A stretch of 64,000 nt of DNA from an uncultured Acidobacteriota bacterium (GTDB lineage: Bacteria > Acidobacteriota > Terriglobia > UBA7540): contig CAWDSK010000006.1 in the NCBI GenBank assembly GCA_963804995.1, positions 256,001 to 320,000 on the forward strand. The letters are read 5' to 3'. The notes below the pieces were generated by a model. That model did not search any database and had not been told where the DNA came from. It was given only the letters and a program-made list of their open reading frames with translations. Within the stretch, counting starts at the first letter, position 1, and every line of letters starts with the position of its first letter. Both the position numbers and the translations under genes were made by a program. Below, piece after piece: positions 1 to 9,893 of the stretch.

Positions 1-420
1 GTCGCCACGTGGACGGAATTGGCATCGTTCTTCTTCCTCCTCCGCGCCTTCTTTCCGGCGGAGTATACGACCGCAGTCGCAACGTATCCTTACATCGTCC
101 TGGCCGGAGACTTACCCCTCTCCTTCAGCGGAGTCGGGGTGCGCGAGGGCGCCGCCGCTCTGCTGCTGTCGCCTTATGCTGTGCCCTCCGGCGCCGCGGT
201 GGACGCCTCCTTGCTTTGGTTTGTCTTCGCCATCCTGCTGCCGGCTGCACTCGGCAGCATCTGGTTGCTCGTCGAAAAATCCCAGTCCCGGCTCCGCAAA
301 GCTGACTCCCCGCCCGCTCACGCCGCCCCCGCACCGAAACACGAGTCCCTCCCCCACCACCCTGCTCTGGCCGCTAAAAGTGCCCAAGCGTCAACCCCCT
401 CACAGGGACCCTTAGCGTAG
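1..420 (+). CDS. Lysylphosphatidylglycerol synthase TM / flippase-like membrane protein, C-terminal part (5' truncated by window)
   Basis: Hydrophobic helices with LPLSFSGVGVREGAA motif typical of this family; stop at 418-420. Confidence 0.7.
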   Translation, partial: VATWTELASFFFLLRAFFPAEYTTAVATYPYIVLAGDLPLSFSGVGVREGAAALLLSPYAVPSGAAVDASLLWFVFAILLPAALGSIWLLVEKSQSRLRKADSPPAHAAPAPKHESLPHHPALAAKSAQASTPSQGPLA

Positions 421-552
421 ATTTTAACTGTCCCACTGGGCCACATCCTGTCGGCCCTGACACTCCTGAGGGCGCGCTGCCACGCTTTCAGACAATTGGA
501 CGGCCCTCATTTGCAATTTGGGCTACCGGTAGCCCATCTGCATATATCTTTC

Positions 553-580
553 TTGACAATGGCCGGATCCCTGCTAGCCT
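553..580 (+). promoter_or_regulatory. Putative sigma70 promoter
   Basis: TTGACA(553-558)-16 nt-TAGCCT with TG extension; ATG at 586 suggests a leaderless mRNA. Confidence 0.4.
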
Positions 581-585
581 ATTAA

Positions 586-1059
586 ATGGAGAATTGTGTC
601 GTGGTGAAGATGAGCACCCTGGGGGCACCCGAGACGCGCTGCGGAAATCGCACCTGTCAATCCCGACGCGGGGCTAATGCAAATGATGGAAGATTCCAGC
701 CTGCGCCAATTGTGGCGGCTCACGAAAAGGCTGACCAAAGTCAGAAACGGGACCCTCTGACTCGTAGAGATGTTAAAAATGAAGGAACCTCCGGGGATGT
801 GTATGAAAACAAAGGAGAGTGTGACAATTTGTCAGGCTATTGTTCGAGCTTTTTGCAGAAAATTCCGAAATTTTGTGACAATGGACGGCATTCGATCAGA
901 GTTTTTCGCAGAGAATACACGAATTGCGCCATAAATCGGGGCGAAGTTGCACCGACCTTCAGATCCCACCGCGAAGGGTTGGCAGATGCTGAACTAAATC
1001 GCCTCTTGGTGAAGGATAGTGTCTTGGAAGAAACATCGCTTACTCTTGACCTTCCATGA
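586..1059 (+). CDS. Hypothetical protein
   Basis: 157 aa ORF behind a promoter-like motif; contains KNEGTSGDVYENKG; no domain recognised. Confidence 0.35.
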   Translation: MENCVVVKMSTLGAPETRCGNRTCQSRRGANANDGRFQPAPIVAAHEKADQSQKRDPLTRRDVKNEGTSGDVYENKGECDNLSGYCSSFLQKIPKFCDNGRHSIRVFRREYTNCAINRGEVAPTFRSHREGLADAELNRLLVKDSVLEETSLTLDLP

Positions 1060-1139
1060 GAAAATCTCCATCTGAAGAATGGGTCTCTGAAAAACAAGAC
1101 TCTACCCGCTGTTGTCACGCGCCTTAGGGGCTGGACACC

Positions 1140-4082
1140 TTGAAGTTGTATTTCTTTCCATTGGCCATGCTCATGGCCGCTTCTCCCCTGCTGGGGCAGA
1201 CAGCGGCGCTGCATGGCGTAGTTACTGACCAAAGTGGGGCAGTCGTTCCCGGCGCAACGATTACTCTTTCAGGACCCGCGGGCGCAGCGCGAACCACCAA
1301 ATCCACAAGAGACGGAACCTACTCGTTTTCGGGACTCGATGCGGGGGACTATACCGTCCAAGCGTCCGCACCCAGCCTGGCGCTTCCGGAACCGGCAAAG
1401 ATTTCGCTGAAATCCGGGGTACAGACGCTGAACCTGCAAATGAATGTCGTGCTGGCTTCTCAGCAGGTGGAGGTAAAAAGCACGGAAGGGCCCGCGGTCA
1501 GCACGAGTGCGGCAAGCAACGCCAGCGCCCTGGTGCTTCGGGGCAATGACCTGGAGTCGCTCGCCGACGATCCGGAAGACCTGCAGGCGGATCTTCAAGC
1601 GCTCGCCGGACCTTCGGCAGGCCCCAATGGCGGCGCCATTTACATCGATGGCTTCAGCGGCGGTGAACTGCCTTCCAAGGACGCGATTCGCGAGATTCGG
1701 ATTAATCAAAACCCCTTTTCGCCTGATTATGACAAGCTCGGCTACGGCCGGATTGAAATCTTCACCAAGCCGGGGGCAGACCGGTTCCACGGCACGGGCT
1801 ATTACAATTTCGGCGACAGTTTCTGGAACTCGCGCAACCCCTACGCTGCCGAGAAGGCACCCTTCCTGCTGAAAGAATATGGAGCCAGCCTGTCCGGACC
1901 CTTGAACCAGAGGACCTCATTTTTCCTGACCGCCGATCGCGCGGCCATTGATAACGGCGCGATCATTAACGGGGCAACGCTCGATCCCGTGACGCTCGAC
2001 ATCATTGATCCCTACACACAGGTGTTCCGGATTCCGCAACGCCGCCTCACGCTGAGCCCCCGCATCGACAGCCAATTGAGTGATAAGGACACGCTCTCCG
2101 TGCGCTACCGCTTTGCCACGGCCGATATCGAGCACGCCGGCGTGGGTGGATTTAATCTGGTCTCCACGGGTCTCCACAACCACAGTGACAGTCACACCGT
2201 GCAGATCGCCAATACGGTCGTGTTCAGCGCGAATGCCATCAACGAAACCCGCTTTCAGGTCTACCACGTCAATCTGTCGGGCGCGGCCGACCAGGCGCCT
2301 CCCACCATCGAGGTGCTGGGCGCCTTTACCGGCGGCAGAGCGCAGGCCGGGAATTCGCTCAACCTTGAAAACGACTACGAACTGCAGAACTACACTTCCC
2401 TTCTCCGCCGCTCCCACAGCATGCGATGGGGCGTCCGTTTACGGGCGGGATTCCTCAACAACACTTCGCCGGCAAACTTCGGAGGCACCTTTATCTTCTC
2501 CGGCGGCCTGGCGCCCGAATTGGATGCCAGCAATCAGCCTGTGCTTGGGCCCGGGGGGCAACCTGTAACCACGAACATCACTTCCATTGAAGCCTATCGC
2601 CGTACTCTGCTCTTCGGGCAGATGGGTCTTAAGCCCGCGCAAATCCGGGCACTGGGAGGGGGCGCTTTGCAATTCGCCATCGCCGCCGGAATGCCGTCAC
2701 TCTCCGTGCATCAATGGGACGTCGGAGCCTTTGCCGGAGACGATTGGCGCGCCCGGCGTAATCTGACTCTCAGTTACGGCTTGCGCTACGAAGCCCAAAC
2801 CAACCTCGGTGACTGGCGGGACCTCGCCCCACGCATTGGTGTGGCCTGGGCCCCGGGAAAGCAAAAGTCCGCCCCCAAAAACGTAATCCGCGGCGGGTTC
2901 GGAATCTTTTGCGACCGCTTCGATGTAACCAATACGCTTGCCGCTGAGCGTTACAACGGCGTCGTGCAACAGCAGTACGTCATCACCAACCCGGACTTCT
3001 ACCCCATGATTCCTCCCCTGGCCTCGTTGAACGCCTATGCAGGCCAACAGGTCATCGAACGGGTCAGCCCTGCCTTGCGGGCGCCTTATCTCATCCAATC
3101 CGCCGTGGCCTTCGAGAGACAATTGCCGGCCCACACGACGGTGGCGGTTACGTTCGCGGATAGCCACGGGCTGCACCAATTGCGATCCCAGGACATCAAC
3201 GCCCCGTTGCCGGGCACCTACGACCCGCAGGTCCCCGGGAGCGGTGTGTTTCCTCTGGGAAATCCGAATCTCGTGTTTCAGATGGAATCAGCAGGCCTTT
3301 ATAATCAGACGCAGTTGATTACCAACTTCAACTCCCAAGCCAGCAAAAATCTCTCCCTGTTCGGCTCCTATCTTTACAACCATGCCAACAGCAATACGGA
3401 CGGGCTCAGCACTTTCCCGGCGAATCCTTACAGCATGGCGGGGGAATATGGGCCCGCCGCGACGGATATTCGTCATCAGGCAACTTTCGGCGGGTCCATC
3501 AGCACGCGCTGGGGCTTTCGCTTGAATCCGCTGCTGATCGCCAACACCGGGGCGCCCTTTGGAATCACTGTGGGCCAGGATTTGTATGGCGACACACTCT
3601 TTAATGGCAGGCCCGGTCTGGCCGTGGATCCAAGTAAGCCCGGGCTGATTCAAACAAACTATGGCCTCCTCGATCCTAACCCGACAGCCGGTGAAAGAAT
3701 CCTGCCCCGCAACTATGGCCGCGGACCGGGCATCATTCTTTTCAATCTACGCGTTTCAAAGGTGTTCGCGTTCGGCCCTGCCCGCGAAGGAGGCGGGGGA
3801 ACTTCGGGAGGCTATGGGCGGCGGGGCGCGAGTGGTCCCTTCGACCTGGGAGGGCCGCGCGGCGATTCATCCTCCTCAGGCCACCGTTACAACCTGAGCA
3901 TCTCGATGGCGATCCGCAATGTGCTGAATCGAAATAATCCCGGGCCCATCATTGGCGATATCGAGTCGCCTCGATTCGGGCAGGCTAATCAACCCTATGG
4001 CGTCGGCACCCTGGGCGGCACCGGATTTTCCGAGTCGGCAGATAACCGGAGGCTGGAGCTGCAAACCCGGTTTACGTTTTAG
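1140..4082 (+). CDS. TonB-dependent receptor-like (Oar-type) protein with N-terminal carboxypeptidase regulatory-like domain
   Basis: Signal peptide, GVVTDQSGAVVPGATIT, DDWRARRNLTLSYGLRYE, C-terminal RRLELQTRFTF barrel signature. Confidence 0.9.
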   Translation: MKLYFFPLAMLMAASPLLGQTAALHGVVTDQSGAVVPGATITLSGPAGAARTTKSTRDGTYSFSGLDAGDYTVQASAPSLALPEPAKISLKSGVQTLNLQMNVVLASQQVEVKSTEGPAVSTSAASNASALVLRGNDLESLADDPEDLQADLQALAGPSAGPNGGAIYIDGFSGGELPSKDAIREIRINQNPFSPDYDKLGYGRIEIFTKPGADRFHGTGYYNFGDSFWNSRNPYAAEKAPFLLKEYGASLSGPLNQRTSFFLTADRAAIDNGAIINGATLDPVTLDIIDPYTQVFRIPQRRLTLSPRIDSQLSDKDTLSVRYRFATADIEHAGVGGFNLVSTGLHNHSDSHTVQIANTVVFSANAINETRFQVYHVNLSGAADQAPPTIEVLGAFTGGRAQAGNSLNLENDYELQNYTSLLRRSHSMRWGVRLRAGFLNNTSPANFGGTFIFSGGLAPELDASNQPVLGPGGQPVTTNITSIEAYRRTLLFGQMGLKPAQIRALGGGALQFAIAAGMPSLSVHQWDVGAFAGDDWRARRNLTLSYGLRYEAQTNLGDWRDLAPRIGVAWAPGKQKSAPKNVIRGGFGIFCDRFDVTNTLAAERYNGVVQQQYVITNPDFYPMIPPLASLNAYAGQQVIERVSPALRAPYLIQSAVAFERQLPAHTTVAVTFADSHGLHQLRSQDINAPLPGTYDPQVPGSGVFPLGNPNLVFQMESAGLYNQTQLITNFNSQASKNLSLFGSYLYNHANSNTDGLSTFPANPYSMAGEYGPAATDIRHQATFGGSISTRWGFRLNPLLIANTGAPFGITVGQDLYGDTLFNGRPGLAVDPSKPGLIQTNYGLLDPNPTAGERILPRNYGRGPGIILFNLRVSKVFAFGPAREGGGGTSGGYGRRGASGPFDLGGPRGDSSSSGHRYNLSISMAIRNVLNRNNPGPIIGDIESPRFGQANQPYGVGTLGGTGFSESADNRRLELQTRFTF

Positions 4083-4161
4083 CGCTGTGGGCATAGGCAA
4101 AGCTTCGGAGGACCTAGCGGGGATTCTTGAAACCCATGGCGAGAAATTTGGGCAGGTCGCT

Positions 4162-4500
4162 TTAGAAACCGCGCAGTTCCTCTTCATTGAGGCCGAAGTA
4201 GTGCCCCACTTCATGCAGCAGGGTCTCGCGGATCATCCGGCGCACGGCGGCATCGCCTCTCGAAATGGCCTCGATGTTTCGCTGGTACAGAAAAATATGG
4301 TCGGGCGGGCTGGAATAGAAGACGCTCTTCTGGGTGCGTGGAATGCCGTGAAAGAGCCCCAACAACAATCCCTGGTTCTCTATGCCGGCCGGCGGGAGGT
4401 CTTCCACAATGATGGCTACGTTGGTGAGCCGCTCACGAAAAGGCGCAGGCAGGTCGTCCAGAGCTTGCGCCACAAGAGCCTCAAACTTATCTCGCTCCAT
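4162..4500 (-). CDS. Zincin-like metallopeptidase (Zincin_1/DUF1025)
   Basis: MERDKFEALVAQALDDLP...LLGLFHG...TLLHEVGHYFGL (HExxH); start set at ATG 4500, not the 4785 extension. Confidence 0.88.
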   Translation of the reverse strand: MERDKFEALVAQALDDLPAPFRERLTNVAIIVEDLPPAGIENQGLLLGLFHGIPRTQKSVFYSSPPDHIFLYQRNIEAISRGDAAVRRMIRETLLHEVGHYFGLNEEELRGF

Positions 4501-4540
4501 CGTGTTATGGATTGTAACCTCAAAGTGACTTGGCCCCAAC

Positions 4541-4790
4541 TGCGGAGTGACCGTGACGCACCGGTGGAGCCACCGAGGAGTGACCATGGAGAGAGTGTGT
4601 GGAGTGGCCGTGTGCAGCAACCATGGAGTAACGATGTGGAGTGGCGGTGGAGCGACTGTGCAAAGCGGCCGTGGAGTAACCATGGAGTGAGCGTGCGGAG
4701 TGACTGGGTGCAGCCACCATGGAATAACCGTGTGGAGTGGCGGTGAGCGACTGCGCAAAGCGCCAGTGGGGCCACCGTGGATCAACCGGG
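4541..4790. repeat. Degenerate GGA-rich short tandem repeats (11-13 nt units) with ~96 bp higher-order duplication
   Basis: Repeated CCATGGAGTAA/GTGGAGTG; block starting ~4584 recurs at ~4680. Confidence 0.8.
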
Positions 4791-4834
4791 GAACGACCCA
4801 GGGCGGACCGGGTGAGTCAGGTTAAGGAAGAACC

Positions 4835-6005
4835 GCTCTCCCCTGGCCCGGGCGCCCACACTCCCCCGTATCGGTTATCGGCGGTGTTAGGTGAGAGGAT
4901 GAATCAGATGCCGACTTCCAAAATCACCAATCAGCCGATCGCCCGATGGACAGATGGCCCGATTCGAGAAGCAGTGACGAGTGACGTGAGACCCGCGACG
5001 GCGGGCCAAATGAGGAAGGATTAGGATTGAGTTACGAACCCACAACCCGAGCTCCGACCGTGACACTCCCGCACATCGGTTATCGGCGGTCTCAGATGAG
5101 AAGATGAATCAGATTCCGAATAGGGAAACCGGGTCAAGCGGAAGTTTATGCGTAAACAGTGGACCCTTGGAAGAAAGGGTGAAAGCTCCTGCGACGATCC
5201 ACCATCTGGGAGACGTAGACTCAACAACGATAGACTCTCCCCTGGCCCGGGCGCCCACACTTCCCCGTATCGGTTATCGGCGGCGTCAGGTGAGAAGATG
5301 AACCAAATGCCAAATGCGAAGAATCGGGCCAAGCGGAATTTTGTGTGTAGACAGTGGACCACTGGAAGAGGTTGTGAAAGCTCCTACGATGCTCAGTCGT
5401 TTGGCAGACGTAAACTCAACAGCGACACGCTCTCCCCCGACCCGGTCGCCCACACTTCCCCGTATCGGTTATCGGCGGTGTTAGGTGAAAGGATGAATCA
5501 GATACCGCATGCGAAAAACCGGCCCAAGCCGAATCCTGTGTGTAAACAGCGGAGCACTGGAAGAGAGGTTGAAAGCGCCTGCGATGCTGCATCGTCTGGG
5601 AAACGTAAGCTCTCCAGCTACACGCTCACCCCCAGCCCGGCCGCCCACACTTCCCCGTATCGGTTATCGGCAGTGTCAGGTGAGGGGATGAATCAGATAC
5701 CGACTTTGGAAATTACAAATCGCAATTCGCGAATCCGCCAATCACCCGATCATCCGATCACCCGATTCCCAGCCCCCACCGTGACACACTCCCCCTTATC
5801 GGTTATCGGCATTGTCAGGTGAGGGGATGAATCAGATTCCGACTTTGAAAATCACAAATTACAAATCGCAATTCAAATCCGCCAATCACCCGATGACTCC
5901 GTGCCACGAGGCTGTCGCGATGACAACTAACCCGACCGACCTGGCCCGGGCCGTGACACACTTCCCCGTATCGGTTATCGGTGGGTTGGCACCCGAACAT
6001 GAGCC
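4835..6005. repeat. Array of 7 copies of a ~55 bp conserved core; three central units are ~195 bp tandem repeats
   Basis: Core CACACTTCCCCGTATCGGTTATCGGC-N16-ATGAATCAGA; (T/C)ATCGGTTATCGG at 4869, 5074, 5268, 5463, 5658, 5797, 5969. Confidence 0.92.
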
Positions 6006-6108
6006 CACAAATCGGTCGGCGATCTTGGCAATCACCGGATCGCAAGATCACTGAATGGCTCAATCATCCGATGCCCCGATCACCGAATGCCGCAATGCGG
6101 TCGCGCGC

Positions 6109-7137
6109 TCAGTTTTCTCCCAGCGGGTTGGGAAACGGGAGCAGGGATTCGACCGGGACGAAGGCGGGGCGGGTTTGGGGCGAGCGCCAGTTATCGAGCA
6201 GAGCGATTTGCTGCACGCAGGAGACAGTGCAATGCGGCGCGCAAGACTTCTGGGTATGGTACTCGTGGGCAAGGTGGTCCCGCGTGTATTTCTCGAGCGG
6301 AATCGCCGGGAAGCCCCGCTGCTGGGAGCAATAGTGCACCAAGCCGTCTTCGCAGATGTAAAGGTAGCGGCTGCCGGCGCGGCATCGCCAATCGTTGGTG
6401 ATACCTTCAGAGATGTTCTTTTGAAACTCGTTGAAGCGCGCGTAGGAGCGCTTGCCCATCTGCATGATTTGTCGGAAGAGATCCTGCTGATGCGCGCCGA
6501 GCGGTTGGAGCTGGCCGTCATGATCGTGCAGGATGCCCACTGTGCTTGTGAAGCCAAGTTCGAGGGCCCGGCGCGCCACAGTGAGCGCGTCGTCCGGGTT
6601 CCGCACGGGGCTACCAAGTACGGAGTTGATGTTCACCTGGAAGATCGCATAGCGCGCCAGCATTTGCAGCTTGCGGTCGAGCACCTTCAGGCTTTTCTTC
6701 GAGACCTCGTCAGGCTGCACGTTGTCGATGGAAATCTGCAGGTGGTCGAGCCCGGAGCGGTTCAAGCGCTCGATGCGTTGCGGAGTCAGCAGATACCCAT
6801 TGGTGATCAGGCCGGCCAGGATTCCGTGGCGGCGAATGCGCCGGATGATTTCTTCGAGCTCGGGATGCAGCAGCGGCTCGCCTCCGCTGATGGTGATGAT
6901 GGTGGTGGCAAGCCTGGCCAGGCGATCGACGCGGCCGAACATCACTTCGAGCGGCACCGGCTTTGAGGAGGTGTCGAACTCATTGCAATAGGCACAGGAA
7001 AGATTGCAGCGGCGAATGGGAATCAGATGCGCCAGAACCGGATGGCGCTTTGATACAAGTCCCTTCGCAATCATGCGCCATTCGCGCACGCGGGTGTTCC
7101 AGAAACGGAGTTGTCGCCGCAAGGCAAGTCGGTTCAT
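6109..7137 (-). CDS. Radical SAM protein
   Basis: CNLSCAYC (CxxxCxxC), [15 protein letters not shown]-terminal Cys cluster (CRAG...CSQ...CAPHCTVSC). Confidence 0.92.
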   Translation of the reverse strand: MNRLALRRQLRFWNTRVREWRMIAKGLVSKRHPVLAHLIPIRRCNLSCAYCNEFDTSSKPVPLEVMFGRVDRLARLATTIITISGGEPLLHPELEEIIRRIRRHGILAGLITNGYLLTPQRIERLNRSGLDHLQISIDNVQPDEVSKKSLKVLDRKLQMLARYAIFQVNINSVLGSPVRNPDDALTVARRALELGFTSTVGILHDHDGQLQPLGAHQQDLFRQIMQMGKRSYARFNEFQKNISEGITNDWRCRAGSRYLYICEDGLVHYCSQQRGFPAIPLEKYTRDHLAHEYHTQKSCAPHCTVSCVQQIALLDNWRSPQTRPAFVPVESLLPFPNPLGEN

Positions 7138-7632
7138 GGAGTGATCTTCGTGCTCAGAAGTTAGGAGTCAGGAGATAGGAGTCAGAATTCATTTTAGAGG
7201 ATGAATCCGGCATTTCCCTTTGTCCTCTTTCCTGATTCTCCGACTTCGGAAATTGGGCTCGGAGGGTTCTTGCTGTTCCCTCTCCCCAAGTCTTCGGTCG
7301 GCTGACTCTCACTTCCAAACTCTGGTCCTTCCGTTTACAAGCCTGTCGTAGCTTGCTGAACCCAATATTTGGGGGCAGCTCTAAGCTGACAGAAGCAAGG
7401 GGGTTAAGATTAAACGAGGGCAACGAAACTGACAATGCGCAAGGCTTAAACGGTATAAAATCATGCTTGAACTGCGTATTCTGGCAGCTCAGTGCTGAAT
7501 GACCACGCCCTGCACGGTCATCGATCGAATGGTCTAATCAAGAATCTGCGGAAAGCGCTGCCCCGCAAAGAAGCTGGCGGTTGCATCAGCTCGCGTGCTT
7601 TCATTTCGCATACCTTTTCGAAAAATCACCCA

Positions 7633-7661
7633 TTGTTATTGTCACCACATTCCGTTATAAT
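7633..7661 (+). promoter_or_regulatory. sigma70 promoter of tRNA-Met
   Basis: TTGTTA-17 nt-TATAAT ending 5 nt before the tRNA. Confidence 0.7.
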
Positions 7662-7666
7662 GATTT

Positions 7667-7743
<77 letters not shown>

Positions 7744-8812
7744 AAGCTCGATGAAGCGCAGCACCCCCTAACATCTCATCATTGTTTCACTTCCGCGGTT
7801 GTTCGCTTCGCCATCCAAATCAGTTTGCAAATGCCGCGTTTTTGTTCGGATGCTCCAAAATTAAGAACAAATTTCGAAAGAGCACTCTCCGTTACGCTTT
7901 TGGCACCGTATTTCACCAGCGTTTTCAACGGGTCACACTTGGCCGAAGTTGGTCGTTGGGTGCACAGCCCAAAGGTTCCCACGCCGGCCAAATCAACTAT
8001 CCGCAACACGTTCAGAGAGTTGAAGGCGAACGATGTCGGTGGGCAAATTTAGTTCGTTGGGTCCAGTGCCCAACGACCGCGGGGAACTATTGGTTCAGCA
8101 GGATATTGACTTAGGGACGAATGTGGCGAGTCCCGTGCTAAACGTGGCTCAAGAGGCATTTGAAGCTAATGCTCACAACGAACGGACGCCCTCCCGGCGC
8201 GGTCTGCTGTCCAAGTGCGACACGGCACCATTCGATGTGGAGATTGATCTAAAGCGCCGAAATAAATTCAAAACTTCCCGACCAGTTTTCAATCAAGGAT
8301 GTCCTCCCATGCGAGGATCGCAGGAAGCCATCGTTAAGGAGTTAGGCTGTATATTGGCGCTGCCTAGATGATCCCCCTATTTGCTGATCGCTTTGGGTGC
8401 GACTGACTTCCCCCTCAGTAGCACCCTTTCAAAACCCCTATAAATCGTGATCTCCGCCACACACGTGTGCGGATTGTGTGCCTACTCTCGGACTGGAGGT
8501 GTCTTCTGGTCCGAGAAGTTGGGCAACTTATGGGCTCGAACCAGCGGCCTGGGTGCATTCACTGATGATGGGGCGGTAGGTGTCCGATCCATTTTCAAAC
8601 CGGAGGTGACGGCCTCCCCGGGAGGGGCTTCCCAACGCCGAAACCAGTTGGGCGACACGCGCCAGGAACAGCGCGCCCATCACGCGTGGTTCCCCCACTT
8701 GTCGCGCCGTGACGCTCCTTCGAGCCGGTCCAATCTAACGTCTGCTGGTTTGCGAGATCGATAACTTTGGTGTATTTTATTAAAGGTAATCTCAAGAAAG
8801 AAGAAGGAGCAT

Positions 8813-9073
8813 ATGACGATCACTTTGCCGCTGGAGCCGCAGAAAGAGGCCAAGCTTATTGCCGTCGCGGAGGCAAAGGGCATGACGGCTGATGAGTTGG
8901 TGAGCCAAACGATCGACAGAATCATAGCCGAGGCACCCGAGGCGAGTGCCCACAAGGAACCGACGATTTCCCTGCGTGGCCTGCTTGCCAGGTACGGCGC
9001 CGCGCCGTCGGCCGAGGAGATAGATCAAAACCGCGCAGACATGTTTCGAAACTTCCCGCGGTCCGATTTCTAA
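8813..9073 (+). CDS. Putative antitoxin
   Basis: 86 aa, AAGGAG RBS, TAATG overlap with downstream PIN gene. Confidence 0.75.
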   Translation: MTITLPLEPQKEAKLIAVAEAKGMTADELVSQTIDRIIAEAPEASAHKEPTISLRGLLARYGAAPSAEEIDQNRADMFRNFPRSDF

Positions 9074-9474
9074 TGATCGTCGCCATAGCAGACACTCACA
9101 CGACAATCTGGTACCTTTACTCCGATTCGCGCCTGGGGAAAGGCGCGTCCGATTTTATAGACAGTGCCATTGCCAAGGGTGATCATATCGGTGTCTCCGC
9201 CATTAGCATTGCCGAAATGATCTACCTAGTGGAGAAGGGGCGAATTCCAGCCAGCGCACTGAGGGACCTTCATGACGCAACCGCCAATCCAAAGGCTGTT
9301 CTACGATACGTTCCGCTCAACGAGCACGTCGCCATGAAAATGACGGAAATTCCTCGCCAGAACCTCCCGGACCTTCCGGACCGGGCAATCGCCGCAACAG
9401 CACTGGTCTACAGCATACCTGTATTGAGCCGGGACAAACGAATTCGCTCATCAGATATCAAAACCATCTGGTAG
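9073..9474 (+). CDS. vapC: PIN-domain (VapC family) toxin
   Basis: IADTHT...SAISIAE...DLPDRAIAATA...LSRD acidic PIN residues. Confidence 0.9.
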   Translation: MIVAIADTHTTIWYLYSDSRLGKGASDFIDSAIAKGDHIGVSAISIAEMIYLVEKGRIPASALRDLHDATANPKAVLRYVPLNEHVAMKMTEIPRQNLPDLPDRAIAATALVYSIPVLSRDKRIRSSDIKTIW

Positions 9475-9893
9475 TCAGAGGTAACCTCCCACGCGAATGT
9501 TTCTTCAAAACCCATATCAGTCCTGATCTCGGCCACTCGTGTCTGTGCACCGGATCGCGTGCCTCCTTCCGGGATGAAGGTTTGATGGGACCGGTTGGGA
9601 CGTTCGAGCTTACCAGCTTGGGCCCGGTCATGGATGTGATTCGGGCTGTGTGTGTTCATACCCTCCTGCCAGCCCTGTACAAACTCGCCACCCCCTTGTT
9701 GAAGCAGCGTCATCACATCGACATTGTCGAAGAAGCCGACGCGTGTGTTCAGTACAACGTGTAATCCGTTACAAGACGAGTGGTGGGTCCCGGTGAGTGC
9801 ATCACTTGCCGCCACTTCAAAACCTCATCAACTGATGATCAGCACTGCGCACGCGTGCGCCCAGTGTGGTCGCCTCCGGGCAGGAGGTGTGTT

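Noticed and set aside
4501..4785. N-terminal extension of the zincin and overlapping ORFs
   Set aside because: These frames stay open only through low-complexity repeats; family similarity starts at ATG 4500
4835..6005. CRISPR array
   Set aside because: Periods are 139-205 bp and uneven, the 'spacers' are homologous to each other, and no cas genes are present
6109..7137. hpnH assignment for the radical SAM gene
   Set aside because: No hopanoid genes nearby and no diagnostic C-terminal domain recognised
7750..8790. Genes between the tRNA and the TA pair (also 41700-42050, 47250-47970)
   Set aside because: Only short ORFs without recognisable motifs or RBS; probably decayed DNA
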